Assembly: GCA_963813155.1 (NCBI GenBank)
Contig: CAWEYG010000005.1
Coordinates: 64,001-128,000, forward strand
Length of the DNA: 64,000 nucleotides
Reading direction: 5' to 3'
Origin: an uncultured Acidobacteriota bacterium
GTDB taxonomy: Bacteria > Acidobacteriota > Thermoanaerobaculia > UBA5066 > DATFVB01
A program made the position numbers and the translations under genes. The notes under the pieces are model-generated. The model ran no database searches, was not told the DNA's origin, and saw only the letters and a program-made list of their open reading frames with translations. This document shows, one piece after another, positions 27,415 to 36,444 of this stretch; positions within the stretch are counted from its first letter, which is position 1, and every line of letters begins with the position of its first letter.

Positions 27415-27867
27415 ATGTCGTTCGAGAGGCGCGGCGAAAACGGCTACCTCGTGAGCAGCGATCCCGCGAAGCTCGACCTCGGATTTGTCCATGGCTTCCT
27501 GGCGGCCTCGTACTGGGCGCGCTCGATTTCGCTCGAGGTCGTCGAAAGATCCGTCGCCGGATCGCTTTGCTTCGGCGTCTACGACGACGCGCGCCAGGTC
27601 GGATTCGGGCGCGTCATCACGGACCGCGCGACGTTTGCCTACCTCGCCGACGTCTTCATCGTCGAATCTCACCGGGGGCGGGGTCTCGCGAAGCTGCTGA
27701 TCGAGACGATCCTGTCCGCCCCCGACCTGCAGGGTCTGCGCCGAATTCAGCTCGTCACGCGGGACGCGCACGGCCTGTACGAGAAATTCGGCTTTCGCGC
27801 GCTCGAAAATCCAGGGCGCCACCTCGAAATCGTCCGGCCGCTTCTTTCCGAGAAAGAACCGGGTTGA
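27415..27867 (+). CDS. GNAT family N-acetyltransferase
   Basis: QVGFGRVITDRATFAYLADVFI..HRGRGLAK, DAHGLYEKFGF. Confidence 0.92.
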   Translation: MSFERRGENGYLVSSDPAKLDLGFVHGFLAASYWARSISLEVVERSVAGSLCFGVYDDARQVGFGRVITDRATFAYLADVFIVESHRGRGLAKLLIETILSAPDLQGLRRIQLVTRDAHGLYEKFGFRALENPGRHLEIVRPLLSEKEPG

Positions 27868-28637
27868 CGGCCGCCCGGATCGCTGCAATTTTTGCGGCGG
27901 CTTTCTCCGGAGGCGTGATCGGTGCGTTGGCCGGCGGCGGAACGCTGATCACGTTTTCCGTCCTGGTCTTTCTGGGATATCCCGCGATCGTCGCAAACGC
28001 GACGGCCGCGGTCGGAATCATTCCGACGGGCGCGGCACAGGTCGTCGGCCATTGGACCGACGTGCGCGAACAACGGCACTGGCGCCGGGCCCTCGTTGTT
28101 CCGGGAGTCCTCGGGGGCGCGATCGGTTCGATCCTTCTGATCGCGACGCCAGAACGCTCCTTTGAGAGACTCGCGCCGTTCCTCGTTTTGTTCGCGACCG
28201 GATTGTTCGTCTTGCAGGGTTTTCTTCCGGAAAGGTGGCAGATGCCCGGGACGGACCCGCGGTTCGCCCGGAGGCGCTTCCTTGTCGGAGGACTGCTCCT
28301 TTTCATCGTCGCGATCTACGAGGGGTACTTCGGCGCCGGCAGCGGGATCCTGATTCTCGCCATCCTCGGCTTCCTCGGCCTTTCGGACATCCACACGCGC
28401 AACGGGCTGAAGGGCTACTTCGTCGTCGCGATCGACGGAGTCGCGTCCGCGTATTTCCTCTATCGGGGCGCCGTGAACCTGAAAGCGGCGGGCATCATGG
28501 TCGTCGGCGCTTTCGCGGGCGGCTACGCTGGAGCCCGCTTCGCCCGCCGGATCGGGCGCGAGAAAGCGCGCGTGGCCGTCATCGTGATCGGGCTGATTCT
28601 CGGGGTCATTCTCCTCGCCCGCGGTCGCGGCATGTAG
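27864..28637 (+). CDS. Sulfite exporter TauE/SafE family membrane protein
   Basis: AGGGTLITF, ANAT, YEGYFGAGSGIL; TTG overlaps upstream stop. Confidence 0.88.
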   Translation: MTAARIAAIFAAAFSGGVIGALAGGGTLITFSVLVFLGYPAIVANATAAVGIIPTGAAQVVGHWTDVREQRHWRRALVVPGVLGGAIGSILLIATPERSFERLAPFLVLFATGLFVLQGFLPERWQMPGTDPRFARRRFLVGGLLLFIVAIYEGYFGAGSGILILAILGFLGLSDIHTRNGLKGYFVVAIDGVASAYFLYRGAVNLKAAGIMVVGAFAGGYAGARFARRIGREKARVAVIVIGLILGVILLARGRGM

Positions 28638-28688
28638 CGCCGCTGAGCCCCTCTTGAACTTCCCTGCCCGATCTTCGTTAATAGAGGC

Positions 28689-29615
28689 ATGGCGGCAACG
28701 GGCGGAGAGATGGCCATCGAGGCGCGCGGACTGCGGAAGGTCTACCGGTCGATCACCGCGCTGGACGGAATCGACCTGGAAGTCGCGCCGGGAGAGTTGT
28801 TTGGGCTCCTTGGACCCAACGGCGCGGGGAAGACGACGACCGTCAAGATCCTGCTCGGCCTGACAAGGCCGACTTCCGGAACCGCCTCGATCCACGGGAT
28901 TCCGGTGTCCGATCCGGAGAGCCGGCGCCGGGTCGGGTACCTTCCCGAGGGGCACCGCTTTCCCGGATACCTGACTGCGCGAGAGACGCTCTCGATCTTC
29001 GGACGGATGTCGGGGGTGGATCCCTCGACGCTCGCGGAGAGGATCCCCGCGCTTCTCGCCCGCGTTCACCTGGAGAAGTGGGCGGGAGTGCGGGTCAAGA
29101 AGTTCTCCAAGGGGATGGTGCAGCGTTTGGGCCTGGCCGCCGCGCTGGTCCACGACCCGGATGTCCTGCTTCTCGACGAGCCGACCGACGGGGTCGATCC
29201 GGTCGGCCGGCGCGAAATTCGCGACCTCCTCCTGGAAGAAGCGAGCCGGGGCCGGGCAGTGCTCGTCAATTCCCATCTCCTTTCCGAGATCGAGCTGACG
29301 TGCGGCCGGGTTGCGATCCTTCGCGAGGGAAAGATCGTCGCGCAGGGCACGATCTCGGAGTTGACGAAACGGCAGGAGAAATACCGGATGTCGGCAACCC
29401 CGATCGACGATTCGCTCCTCACGTCGTTCCGGGACACGGGCGCCGGCGTGGAACGGCAGAACGGGCATCTCGTGCTCGCGGTTCGCGACACCGACCACCT
29501 GAATGCGCTCGTCGACCGACTGCGGGAACGCGGCGGTCGGCTCACCGAGCTTTCCCCGGTTCGCTCGAGCCTCGAGGACGTGTTCGTCGGATTTTTCCAG
29601 GAGGGGCAAAAATGA
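28689..29615 (+). CDS. ABC transporter ATP-binding protein
   Basis: GPNGAGKTT, FSKGMVQR, LLLDEPTDG, SH switch. Confidence 0.95.
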   Translation: MAATGGEMAIEARGLRKVYRSITALDGIDLEVAPGELFGLLGPNGAGKTTTVKILLGLTRPTSGTASIHGIPVSDPESRRRVGYLPEGHRFPGYLTARETLSIFGRMSGVDPSTLAERIPALLARVHLEKWAGVRVKKFSKGMVQRLGLAAALVHDPDVLLLDEPTDGVDPVGRREIRDLLLEEASRGRAVLVNSHLLSEIELTCGRVAILREGKIVAQGTISELTKRQEKYRMSATPIDDSLLTSFRDTGAGVERQNGHLVLAVRDTDHLNALVDRLRERGGRLTELSPVRSSLEDVFVGFFQEGQK

Positions 29616-30466
29616 GGCCGCTGCTCGCCAACATCGAAGAAGTGTTTCGGGAAGCGGCTGCGCGCTGGACGCTCGTCGCGTACTTCGTGCTCTCTTCGCT
29701 CTTCATTCTTCTGTTTGCCTTCGCGGTTAACCTCGACATCGTGAACGGCGCGCTCGCGGGAGCGCGCCTGTTCGGCCAGTCGGTGCAGATGGGGGGACAA
29801 GAAATCAGCCTCGACCGCCTCGTCATCGGCTTCGAGTCGGGCTTCTCCGCGTTCCTCTACGTCGTCGGCACGTTTCTGGCGGTCTTCGCGACCGCCCATC
29901 TGACACCGCGGCTCCAGGAAAAGGGCACGGTCGACCTGTACCTCTCGCGGCCGGTGGGCCGGGTGAGCCTGCTCGCGTCCCGTTACGTGGCGGGGCTCCT
30001 CCTCGCGGCCTCGAACATCGTCTACCTGATCGGGTCGATCTGGCTGATCGTTCTCTGGAAGACGCACGTCGCGCACCCCCGATTTTTCGCGGCGGGAGCG
30101 GTGATTCTCTTCGCGATCGCCGTCCTTCTCGCATTCTCTTTTCTCATCGGCGTCGTGACCTCTTCAACGGGCGTTTCGATCATGGCCACCTACGGGCTCT
30201 TCTTCTTTTCGGCGATCCTCGCCGCGCACGAGAAGATCGAGGCCGCCGTTTCGCACGAATGGCAGGCGGCGGTCGTTCGAGGCCTGTACTGGATCCTGCC
30301 GAAGACTTCGGAGCTCGGGCGCTCCGCCATCGCCCTGGTCGGCGGCGGACACCTGCCGCGCGCCATCGGCCCGGCCCTTTCCATTGCTCCCTTTGCGACG
30401 ACCGCCGCGTTCGGCCTCGCGTGCTTCGCGGCCGCTTCCTGGCTTTTCCAACGAAAGGATTTCTGA
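29612..30466 (+). CDS. ABC-2 type permease
   Basis: Six TM segments, EKGTVDLYLSRPVGR, C-terminal FQRKDF. Confidence 0.88.
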   Translation: MRPLLANIEEVFREAAARWTLVAYFVLSSLFILLFAFAVNLDIVNGALAGARLFGQSVQMGGQEISLDRLVIGFESGFSAFLYVVGTFLAVFATAHLTPRLQEKGTVDLYLSRPVGRVSLLASRYVAGLLLAASNIVYLIGSIWLIVLWKTHVAHPRFFAAGAVILFAIAVLLAFSFLIGVVTSSTGVSIMATYGLFFFSAILAAHEKIEAAVSHEWQAAVVRGLYWILPKTSELGRSAIALVGGGHLPRAIGPALSIAPFATTAAFGLACFAAASWLFQRKDF

Positions 30467-31440
30467 TGAAAACCGCGCGTCTTCTCCTGTCGTGCCTGTC
30501 GATTTTCGCGTCGGCGGCCGTTCCGCTTTTTGGTGCGCCGGCCGCGCCGCAGAGCGGGTTGGCCCTCGTGCCTTCCGATTCGATCGCCGTTGCGGTCGTC
30601 AGCCTCGATCGGCTTCGATCGAGCGACCTCGCCCCTTCGCTCTTCCACGAGGCCGACGAGATCACCGTCGATGGAAAGGCCGCGGCGTTTCTGAAGGACG
30701 CCGGCCTCGATCCGAAACGCGACGTCGACGTCGCGGTCTTCTCCCTTTGCGCCGGAGGCCGCGACGAGGCGCAGCCGCTCGTCGCGTTCGAGGGCAGGTT
30801 CGATCCGGCGTCGCTTTCCGCGGCGACCGCCTCGCGGGGCGGCACGCGGATCGACGGCGCAATTCCGTACTTTCGACTTCCCGCCTCCGCCGATTCCAAG
30901 GGACATCGGGGCGATCCGGGCGCCGTTGCGTTTCTCTCTTCGCGCGTCGTTCTCGCCGGAAGCGAGCCGGCGCTCCTGCACGCGCTCGATCTGTATTCGT
31001 CCGGCCGCTCCGGCCTCCCCTCGAAGGGCGCGCTCGGAGGGATGGTCGCGAAAGTCGATCCCGCGTCCTCGGCCTGGGTCGTCGTCGACGCCGCGCGGGC
31101 GCGCGAGTTGAAAGAAGCCTCCGCTTCGCACGAGTCGGCCGAGGGGCCGGCGGCGACGGTGTATTCCGCCCTGCGTTCCGTGTCCTGGGTCGTATTCCAG
31201 GCGAACCTTTCCTCCGGAGGAGTGGACGTGAAGGCGACGGGTCTCTCCTCCGACGAAGACGCCCGGCAGAACATCGAAGACGTGCTCAAGGGAATGATCG
31301 CGGCGTGGCGCATGGCGGTGCAATCGAAGAGCCCCGAGCTCGTCTCCGCGCTCCGCAAGTTCACCGTGACGCGGGACAACCAGGGAGTCACGATCGCCGG
31401 GCGAATCCCGGCCGAGCTGTTCAAGACCGCGAAGCGGTAG
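30466..31440 (+). CDS. Secreted protein of unknown function, coupled to the ABC genes
   Basis: Signal peptide then LALVPSDSIAVAVV; ATG overlaps permease stop. Confidence 0.7.
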   Translation: MKTARLLLSCLSIFASAAVPLFGAPAAPQSGLALVPSDSIAVAVVSLDRLRSSDLAPSLFHEADEITVDGKAAAFLKDAGLDPKRDVDVAVFSLCAGGRDEAQPLVAFEGRFDPASLSAATASRGGTRIDGAIPYFRLPASADSKGHRGDPGAVAFLSSRVVLAGSEPALLHALDLYSSGRSGLPSKGALGGMVAKVDPASSAWVVVDAARARELKEASASHESAEGPAATVYSALRSVSWVVFQANLSSGGVDVKATGLSSDEDARQNIEDVLKGMIAAWRMAVQSKSPELVSALRKFTVTRDNQGVTIAGRIPAELFKTAKR

Positions 31441-31472
31441 CCAGGGGCCGGGTCAACGCGCCGGCGCAATAA

Positions 31473-31586
31473 GGGCGGGTGGCGCGGGGCGAGACTCCCT
31501 TTTGCCGCTCGCGTCGCGGGTGTAGCAAAGTCCTCAGGCTCGCGGCGAGCGGAAAAGAGGAGCGAGTCCCGCGGCAGGACCCGCTT
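31473..31586 (+). repeat. Long-hairpin dispersed repeat, copy 1
   Basis: 112 bp align without gaps to 61753-61864 with 8 substitutions; self-complementary arms. Confidence 0.9.
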
Positions 31587-31658
31587 GCCGGGCCGGCGTT
31601 GGGGTTGGACCGCTCTTCGGGCTGAGCGAGCTCGACGCCGGGCTAGAATCGCTCCGAG

Positions 31659-32339
31659 ATGGCCGACGTCTTCGAGGAACGCATCGCGCAGGAGGCGCAC
31701 CTGTACGCGGACGTGTTTCTGCCGGACGGGGTCGCCCGCCCGCCGCTCGTGATCGCTCTCCACGGCTACGGCGGCGACAAGGTCTCGATGATGAAGCTCG
31801 CGCGCCGGATTTTCCGCGACGAGCTGGCGATCGCGAGCCTGCAGGGGCCGCATCCGCACGTGATCTACCCGAAGGATCGCTCTCAGCCTCTCGGGTTCGG
31901 GTTCGGCTGGGTGACGAACTTCCGGCCGGACGAGTCGATCGCTCTGCACCACGGAGCGGTCCTGGAGTTGCTGTCGCGCCTCGGCGCGCGCGGCGCGATC
32001 GATCCGGCTCGCGTTTTCCTGCTCGGCTTCTCCCAGTCGGTCGCCGTGAACTTTCGGTTCGCGTTCACCCATCCGGAGATCGTTGCCGGCGTCGTGGGGA
32101 TCTGCGGCGGGATCCCGGGGGACTGGGGTGCGGCGGACAAGTATCAAAGCGCGGCCTTCGACGTGCTCGTCGTCGGCGGAACCCGGGACGAGTTCTACCC
32201 GCCCGATCGGGTTCGCGCGAACGCGGAGAAGCTGCGCGAAAGGGCTCGCGCTGTCGAGACGCTGATTCTCGAGGCCGGCCACGAGATCCCGCCCGGATCA
32301 CAGGAGCCGATCCGAGACTGGGTGACGCAGAGGCTCTGA
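31659..32339 (+). CDS. Alpha/beta hydrolase (phospholipase/carboxylesterase family)
   Basis: LHGYG, GFSQS nucleophile elbow, GTRDE, GHEI. Confidence 0.88.
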   Translation: MADVFEERIAQEAHLYADVFLPDGVARPPLVIALHGYGGDKVSMMKLARRIFRDELAIASLQGPHPHVIYPKDRSQPLGFGFGWVTNFRPDESIALHHGAVLELLSRLGARGAIDPARVFLLGFSQSVAVNFRFAFTHPEIVAGVVGICGGIPGDWGAADKYQSAAFDVLVVGGTRDEFYPPDRVRANAEKLRERARAVETLILEAGHEIPPGSQEPIRDWVTQRL

Positions 32340-32902
32340 TGGCGGCGCTTCTCTCCCATGCGGTCGCCGGCGCCGGAATCGCGGCGGCGCTCCGCCCGAG
32401 CGCGCGTCCCCCCGCTCGCTACTGGGCTCTCGCGGTCCTGTGCGCCGTCGTGCCGGACTTCGACATCGTCGTCGTGTGGATGGGCACGAACTACCTCGGG
32501 ATGTTCGGCCACCGGGGTTTCATGCACTCGATTTCCTTCGCCGCGGCCCTCGCGGCGGTGCTCTCGTACGGCGCGTTTTCGTCGCCGCGATGGCGGGAGC
32601 TGCGGTTCCGTGCCGGAATCGCGTTTTTCTGTCGCGGGCGTTTCGCATGGAATCCTCGACGCGATGATGAGCGCCGGAAGAGGAGTCGCGTTTTTCGCGC
32701 CGTTTTCCCCGTGCGCGTTTTCATTTTCCGATCCGGCCGATTCGGGCATCTCCGCTGAGCAGACCACATCCTTCTTCGAGAGGGGGGAATCCGCGTTTCC
32801 GCGAGCGAAATCGCCTGGATCTGGGTGCCTGCCGTGCTGCTTTTCGTTCTGGCGGCCTGGTTCTGGAGGAGCCGCAAAATGAGAACTATCATCCCGGCAT
32901 GA
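32339..32902 (+). CDS. YdjM-like membrane metal-dependent hydrolase (at least three frameshifts)
   Basis: SH...PDFD...GHRGFMHS in frame 0; SHGILDAM..G.GVAFFAPF in +1; RFHFPIRPIRASPL in +2; SEIAWIWVP back in frame 0. Confidence 0.75.
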
Positions 32903-34438
32903 AAACCGCCGAGAAACCGAACCGCGTCGCTCCGCTCGAAATGGACCCCGAGGAGTTTCGCCGCCTCGGGCGGCGTGTCGTCGACCGCGTCGCCGATTTC
33001 CTCGCCTCGCTTCCCGAGCGACGGGTTACTCCCGGCGAGACGCCCCGGCAGCTTCGGAAGCTTCTCGGGGAAGGCCTCCCTGCCGCTGCGCGGAGCGAAT
33101 GCCGAAGGATTGCTGGACGAGGCCGCGCAGCTTCTCATCGAACACTCGCTCTTCAACGGCCACGCCCGGTTCTGGGGCTACATCACTTCTTCGGCGGCGC
33201 CGATCGGAGCGCTCGCGGATCTCCTCGCTGCCGCCGTCAACCCGAACGTCGGCGCGTTCGGGCTCGCGCCGATCGCGACCGAGATCGAGCTTCAGACGAT
33301 TCGCTGGATCGCGGAGATGATCGGTTTCCCGGCGGACTGTGGCGGCCTTCTCGTCTCGGGAGGCAACATGGCGAACTTCGTCGGCTTTCTCGCCGGCCGC
33401 CGCGCGAAGGCGCCGTGGGACATCCGCGGATCGGGGAGCTCCGGCGGCCCGAAGATGTGCGCCTACGCGTCGGAAGAGACTCACACGTGGGTCAAGAAAG
33501 CGGCGGACCTCTTCGGCCTCGGGACGGATTCTCTCCGGTGGATTCCCGTCGATTCCGGCTACCGGCTTCGCGTTGACGCCCTTCGAGCGGCGATCCGTGA
33601 AGACCGCGCCGCCGGATACGTCCCCTTCCTCGTGGTCGGGACGGCGGGGTCGGTTTCGACCGGCGCGATCGATCCGCTTCCGGAGATCGCCGCCGTCGCC
33701 TCCGAGGAGAACCTCTGGTTCCACGTGGACGGCGCGTACGGCGGGCTGGCCGCGGTGCTTCCCGACGCGCCCGCCGCGCTGCGGGGCTTGTCGCTGGCCG
33801 ACTCGGTCGCGGTCGACCCGCACAAATGGCTCTACGCGCCCGTCGAAGCCGGATGCACGCTCGTGCGCGACAGGGCCGCCCTGGAGGACACGTTTGCCTA
33901 TCGCCCCCCCTACTACCACTTCGAGGAAGAGGACGAGGCCGTGAACTTCTACGAGCGGGGGCCCCAGAACTCGCGGGGATTCCGCGCCCTGAAGGTCTGG
34001 CTCGGCCTTCGTCAGGCGGGGCGGGAAGGATACGAACGGATGATCGCCGACGACATCGCGCTCGCGCAGAGGCTCTTCGAGAAGGCGGCCGCGACCCCCG
34101 AGATCGAGACGTTCACGCGAGACCTTTCGATCGCGACGTTCCGATTCGTGCCCGAGCGGCTTGCCGGAGCGGGGGCAGAGCACGGCGAATACCTCGATCA
34201 ATTGAATACCGAGCTCCTCACGCGCCTCCAGAATGGCGGGGAAGCCTACGTCTCCAACGCCGTCCTCGGCGGGCGATTCGTGCTCCGCGCCTGCATCGTG
34301 AATTTCCGCACCCGATCGAGCGATGTCGACGCGCTGCCGGATCTGGTGGTTCGGATCGGCCGCGAGGTCGACCGGGACCTCCGGGAGAAAGCGGAAGGCC
34401 GGCCCGGCATCCCCGAGGGAAGGAGAACGAATGGCTGA
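32899..34438 (+). CDS. Group II PLP-dependent decarboxylase (aromatic amino acid/Asp/Glu type; +1 frameshift near 33070)
   Basis: MDPEEFRRLG N-terminus; SGGNMAN, VGTAGSVSTGAIDP, HVDGAYG, DPHKW (PLP lysine). Confidence 0.9.
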
Positions 34439-35603
34439 GCCGGTCTGGGCCGATCTGGGCTCCGTGGAAAAGCTGAAAGAAGAGCTGAAGAAGAAGCCGC
34501 TTGCGCAGCTGAAGGTCGGCCGCACGCCGATCGCGCTGACGTACCGCAACGGGGAATTCTCCGCCGTCTCGGGAGTCTGCAACCATGTCGGCGGCCCGCT
34601 CGGCGAGGGGCGACTCGACGGGGATTACATCGTCTGTCCGTGGCACAACTACAAGTTTCACTTTCGGACGGGCGAAGGGGAGCCGGGGTACGAGGAGGAC
34701 AGGGTCCCGAGCTACGCGCTGCGGGTCGAAGGCGGTCGTCTCCTCGTCAACCTGACTCCGGCGACGCCGCGGCACAAGGTGATGCACGATCCGCATCCGC
34801 TCGAGAGGCCGTTGGCTCGGGCAGATGGCCCGACCCGCGTGCTCGGCATCTCGACGACGGCGATGGACACGGCGAACCCGCGCTATTCGACTTCCGACGC
34901 GCTTCTCGAAGCCGCGCTTGCGCATGCCTCCGGCGGCCTCGGGGCGGAGACGAAGCTGCTGAGACTGACGGAGCTTTCTTTCCGGACCTGCGAGGGTTAC
35001 TACTCGAAAAGCGCGCACGCCTGCACGTGGCCCTGCTCGATCACGCAGATGGACCCGAACGACCAGATGGACCAGGTGTACGACGCGATCATCTTCTGGG
35101 CCGACGTGATCCTCGTCTCGACGCCGATCCGCTGGGGCTCGGCGAGCTCGCTCTATTTCAAGATGGTCGAGCGGATGAACTGCGTCCAGAACCAGATCAC
35201 TCTTCGCGACCGCGTGATGATTCGCAACAAGGTCGCGGCCTTCATCATCACGGGCGGACAGGACAACATCCAGGCGGTCGCGGGAGAAATGCTCGGTTTC
35301 TTCGCCGAGATCGGATGCCTCTTTCCGCAGTTCCCCTACATCGCGCACTCGCGGGGCTGGTCCGCCGAAGACATGGAAAACAACATCTCCTACGTCCAGA
35401 AGAGCAGGGCGCTGAAGGAGGGCGCGGAGTCGCTCGTCGAGAGAGCGGTCGCGTTTTCCCGGACGATCGTGGAAACGACGCCGGCGCCGGAAAAAGTCAT
35501 GCGCGCCGGCCGAAAGGCCGACGGCCTCGACAACGCGGCGATGGGAGCGAACCTGCTCGCCGGGATGGCCGACGAAGGCGCCCCGAGGGACGAACCGAAG
35601 TGA
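34431..35603 (+). CDS. Rieske [2Fe-2S] domain fused to a flavodoxin-like NAD(P)H-dependent FMN reductase domain
   Basis: CNH...CPWH Rieske ligands; then RYSTS, CEGYYSKSAHACTWPC, ADVILVSTPIRWG, KVAAFIITGG. Confidence 0.85.
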   Translation: MAEPVWADLGSVEKLKEELKKKPLAQLKVGRTPIALTYRNGEFSAVSGVCNHVGGPLGEGRLDGDYIVCPWHNYKFHFRTGEGEPGYEEDRVPSYALRVEGGRLLVNLTPATPRHKVMHDPHPLERPLARADGPTRVLGISTTAMDTANPRYSTSDALLEAALAHASGGLGAETKLLRLTELSFRTCEGYYSKSAHACTWPCSITQMDPNDQMDQVYDAIIFWADVILVSTPIRWGSASSLYFKMVERMNCVQNQITLRDRVMIRNKVAAFIITGGQDNIQAVAGEMLGFFAEIGCLFPQFPYIAHSRGWSAEDMENNISYVQKSRALKEGAESLVERAVAFSRTIVETTPAPEKVMRAGRKADGLDNAAMGANLLAGMADEGAPRDEPK

Positions 35604-36432
35604 GCGGAGAGTGGCGGCGCCTCGGGGGCGTCGATCCGAAGGAGCTCTCGGCGGCGCGTCTCGATGTCCATTACGCCGCCCAGATCGTTTCCGCGATCGG
35701 CATCACGCACCTTCCCCACCAGCCCGACGACAGCCACACGAATCTGGAATGGATTCCTTCGAATGAAGCCTTCGGTGGGAACCTCGTTGGCGGATCGCGC
35801 GCGTTTCGAGGGGCGCTGCGGCCCGGCGACTTCACGCTGATGCTGCTCGACGAAGCGGGCCACCGGGAAAGAAAATTGCCTCTTTCGGAGAAGACCCTCG
35901 ACGAAGGGTACGTCTGGATGGCGGAGGTGATCGCGGCGGAGACCGGAAAGCCGATGAAACCTCTGGAGCGGCCGGCGTACGAGCTCCCGGAGCACGCCGT
36001 CGCGGAGGGCTCTCGTTTTTCGGTGCCGATGGAGGAGTTCCGCGAGATTGGCCGCTGGTACGGAAACGCGGCCTCGCTCCTGATTTCCCTGATGGGAGAA
36101 TTTTCCGAAGCCTCTTCCGTTCGCTGCTGGCCGCACCACTTCGACATCGCGATTCTCCTGACGCTCGGGGAGGGAAAGACGATCGGTCTCGGCCTCTCGC
36201 CCGGCGACGCGAGCTACGCGGAGCCGTACTGGTACGTCACGCCCTACCCGTATCCGAAGAACCCGGAATTGCCGCCGCTTCCGGAAAAGGGGCGCTGGCA
36301 CACGGAGGGTTTCTTCGCGGCGGTCCTGACCGGATCGGATCTCCTGTCCGGGGATCTCGGCGACCCAGCGGCAGCGGTCGGAGATTTTTCTTCGCGCGGC
36401 CACTCCAAGGCTGTCGCCGCTTCCTGGAATAG
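35600..36432 (+). CDS. Conserved hypothetical protein (DUF5996-like; 3' end probably frameshifted)
   Basis: DDSHTNLEW, VRCWPHHFDIA, GLSPGDASYAEPYWYVTPYP; as sequenced the ORF runs to 36469. Confidence 0.65.
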
Positions 36433-36444
36433 GAAGGCTCTTCG

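Noticed and set aside
31516-31543. GCGGGTGTAGC / GCGGGCATAGC in the repeat looks like a tRNA 5' end
   Set aside because: No anticodon arm, TTC loop or cloverleaf; it folds as part of a single rod.
33717-33732. GGTTCCACGTGGACGG, resembling parS
   Set aside because: It is dictated by the conserved WFHVDG motif of the decarboxylase, and the outer parS positions do not match.
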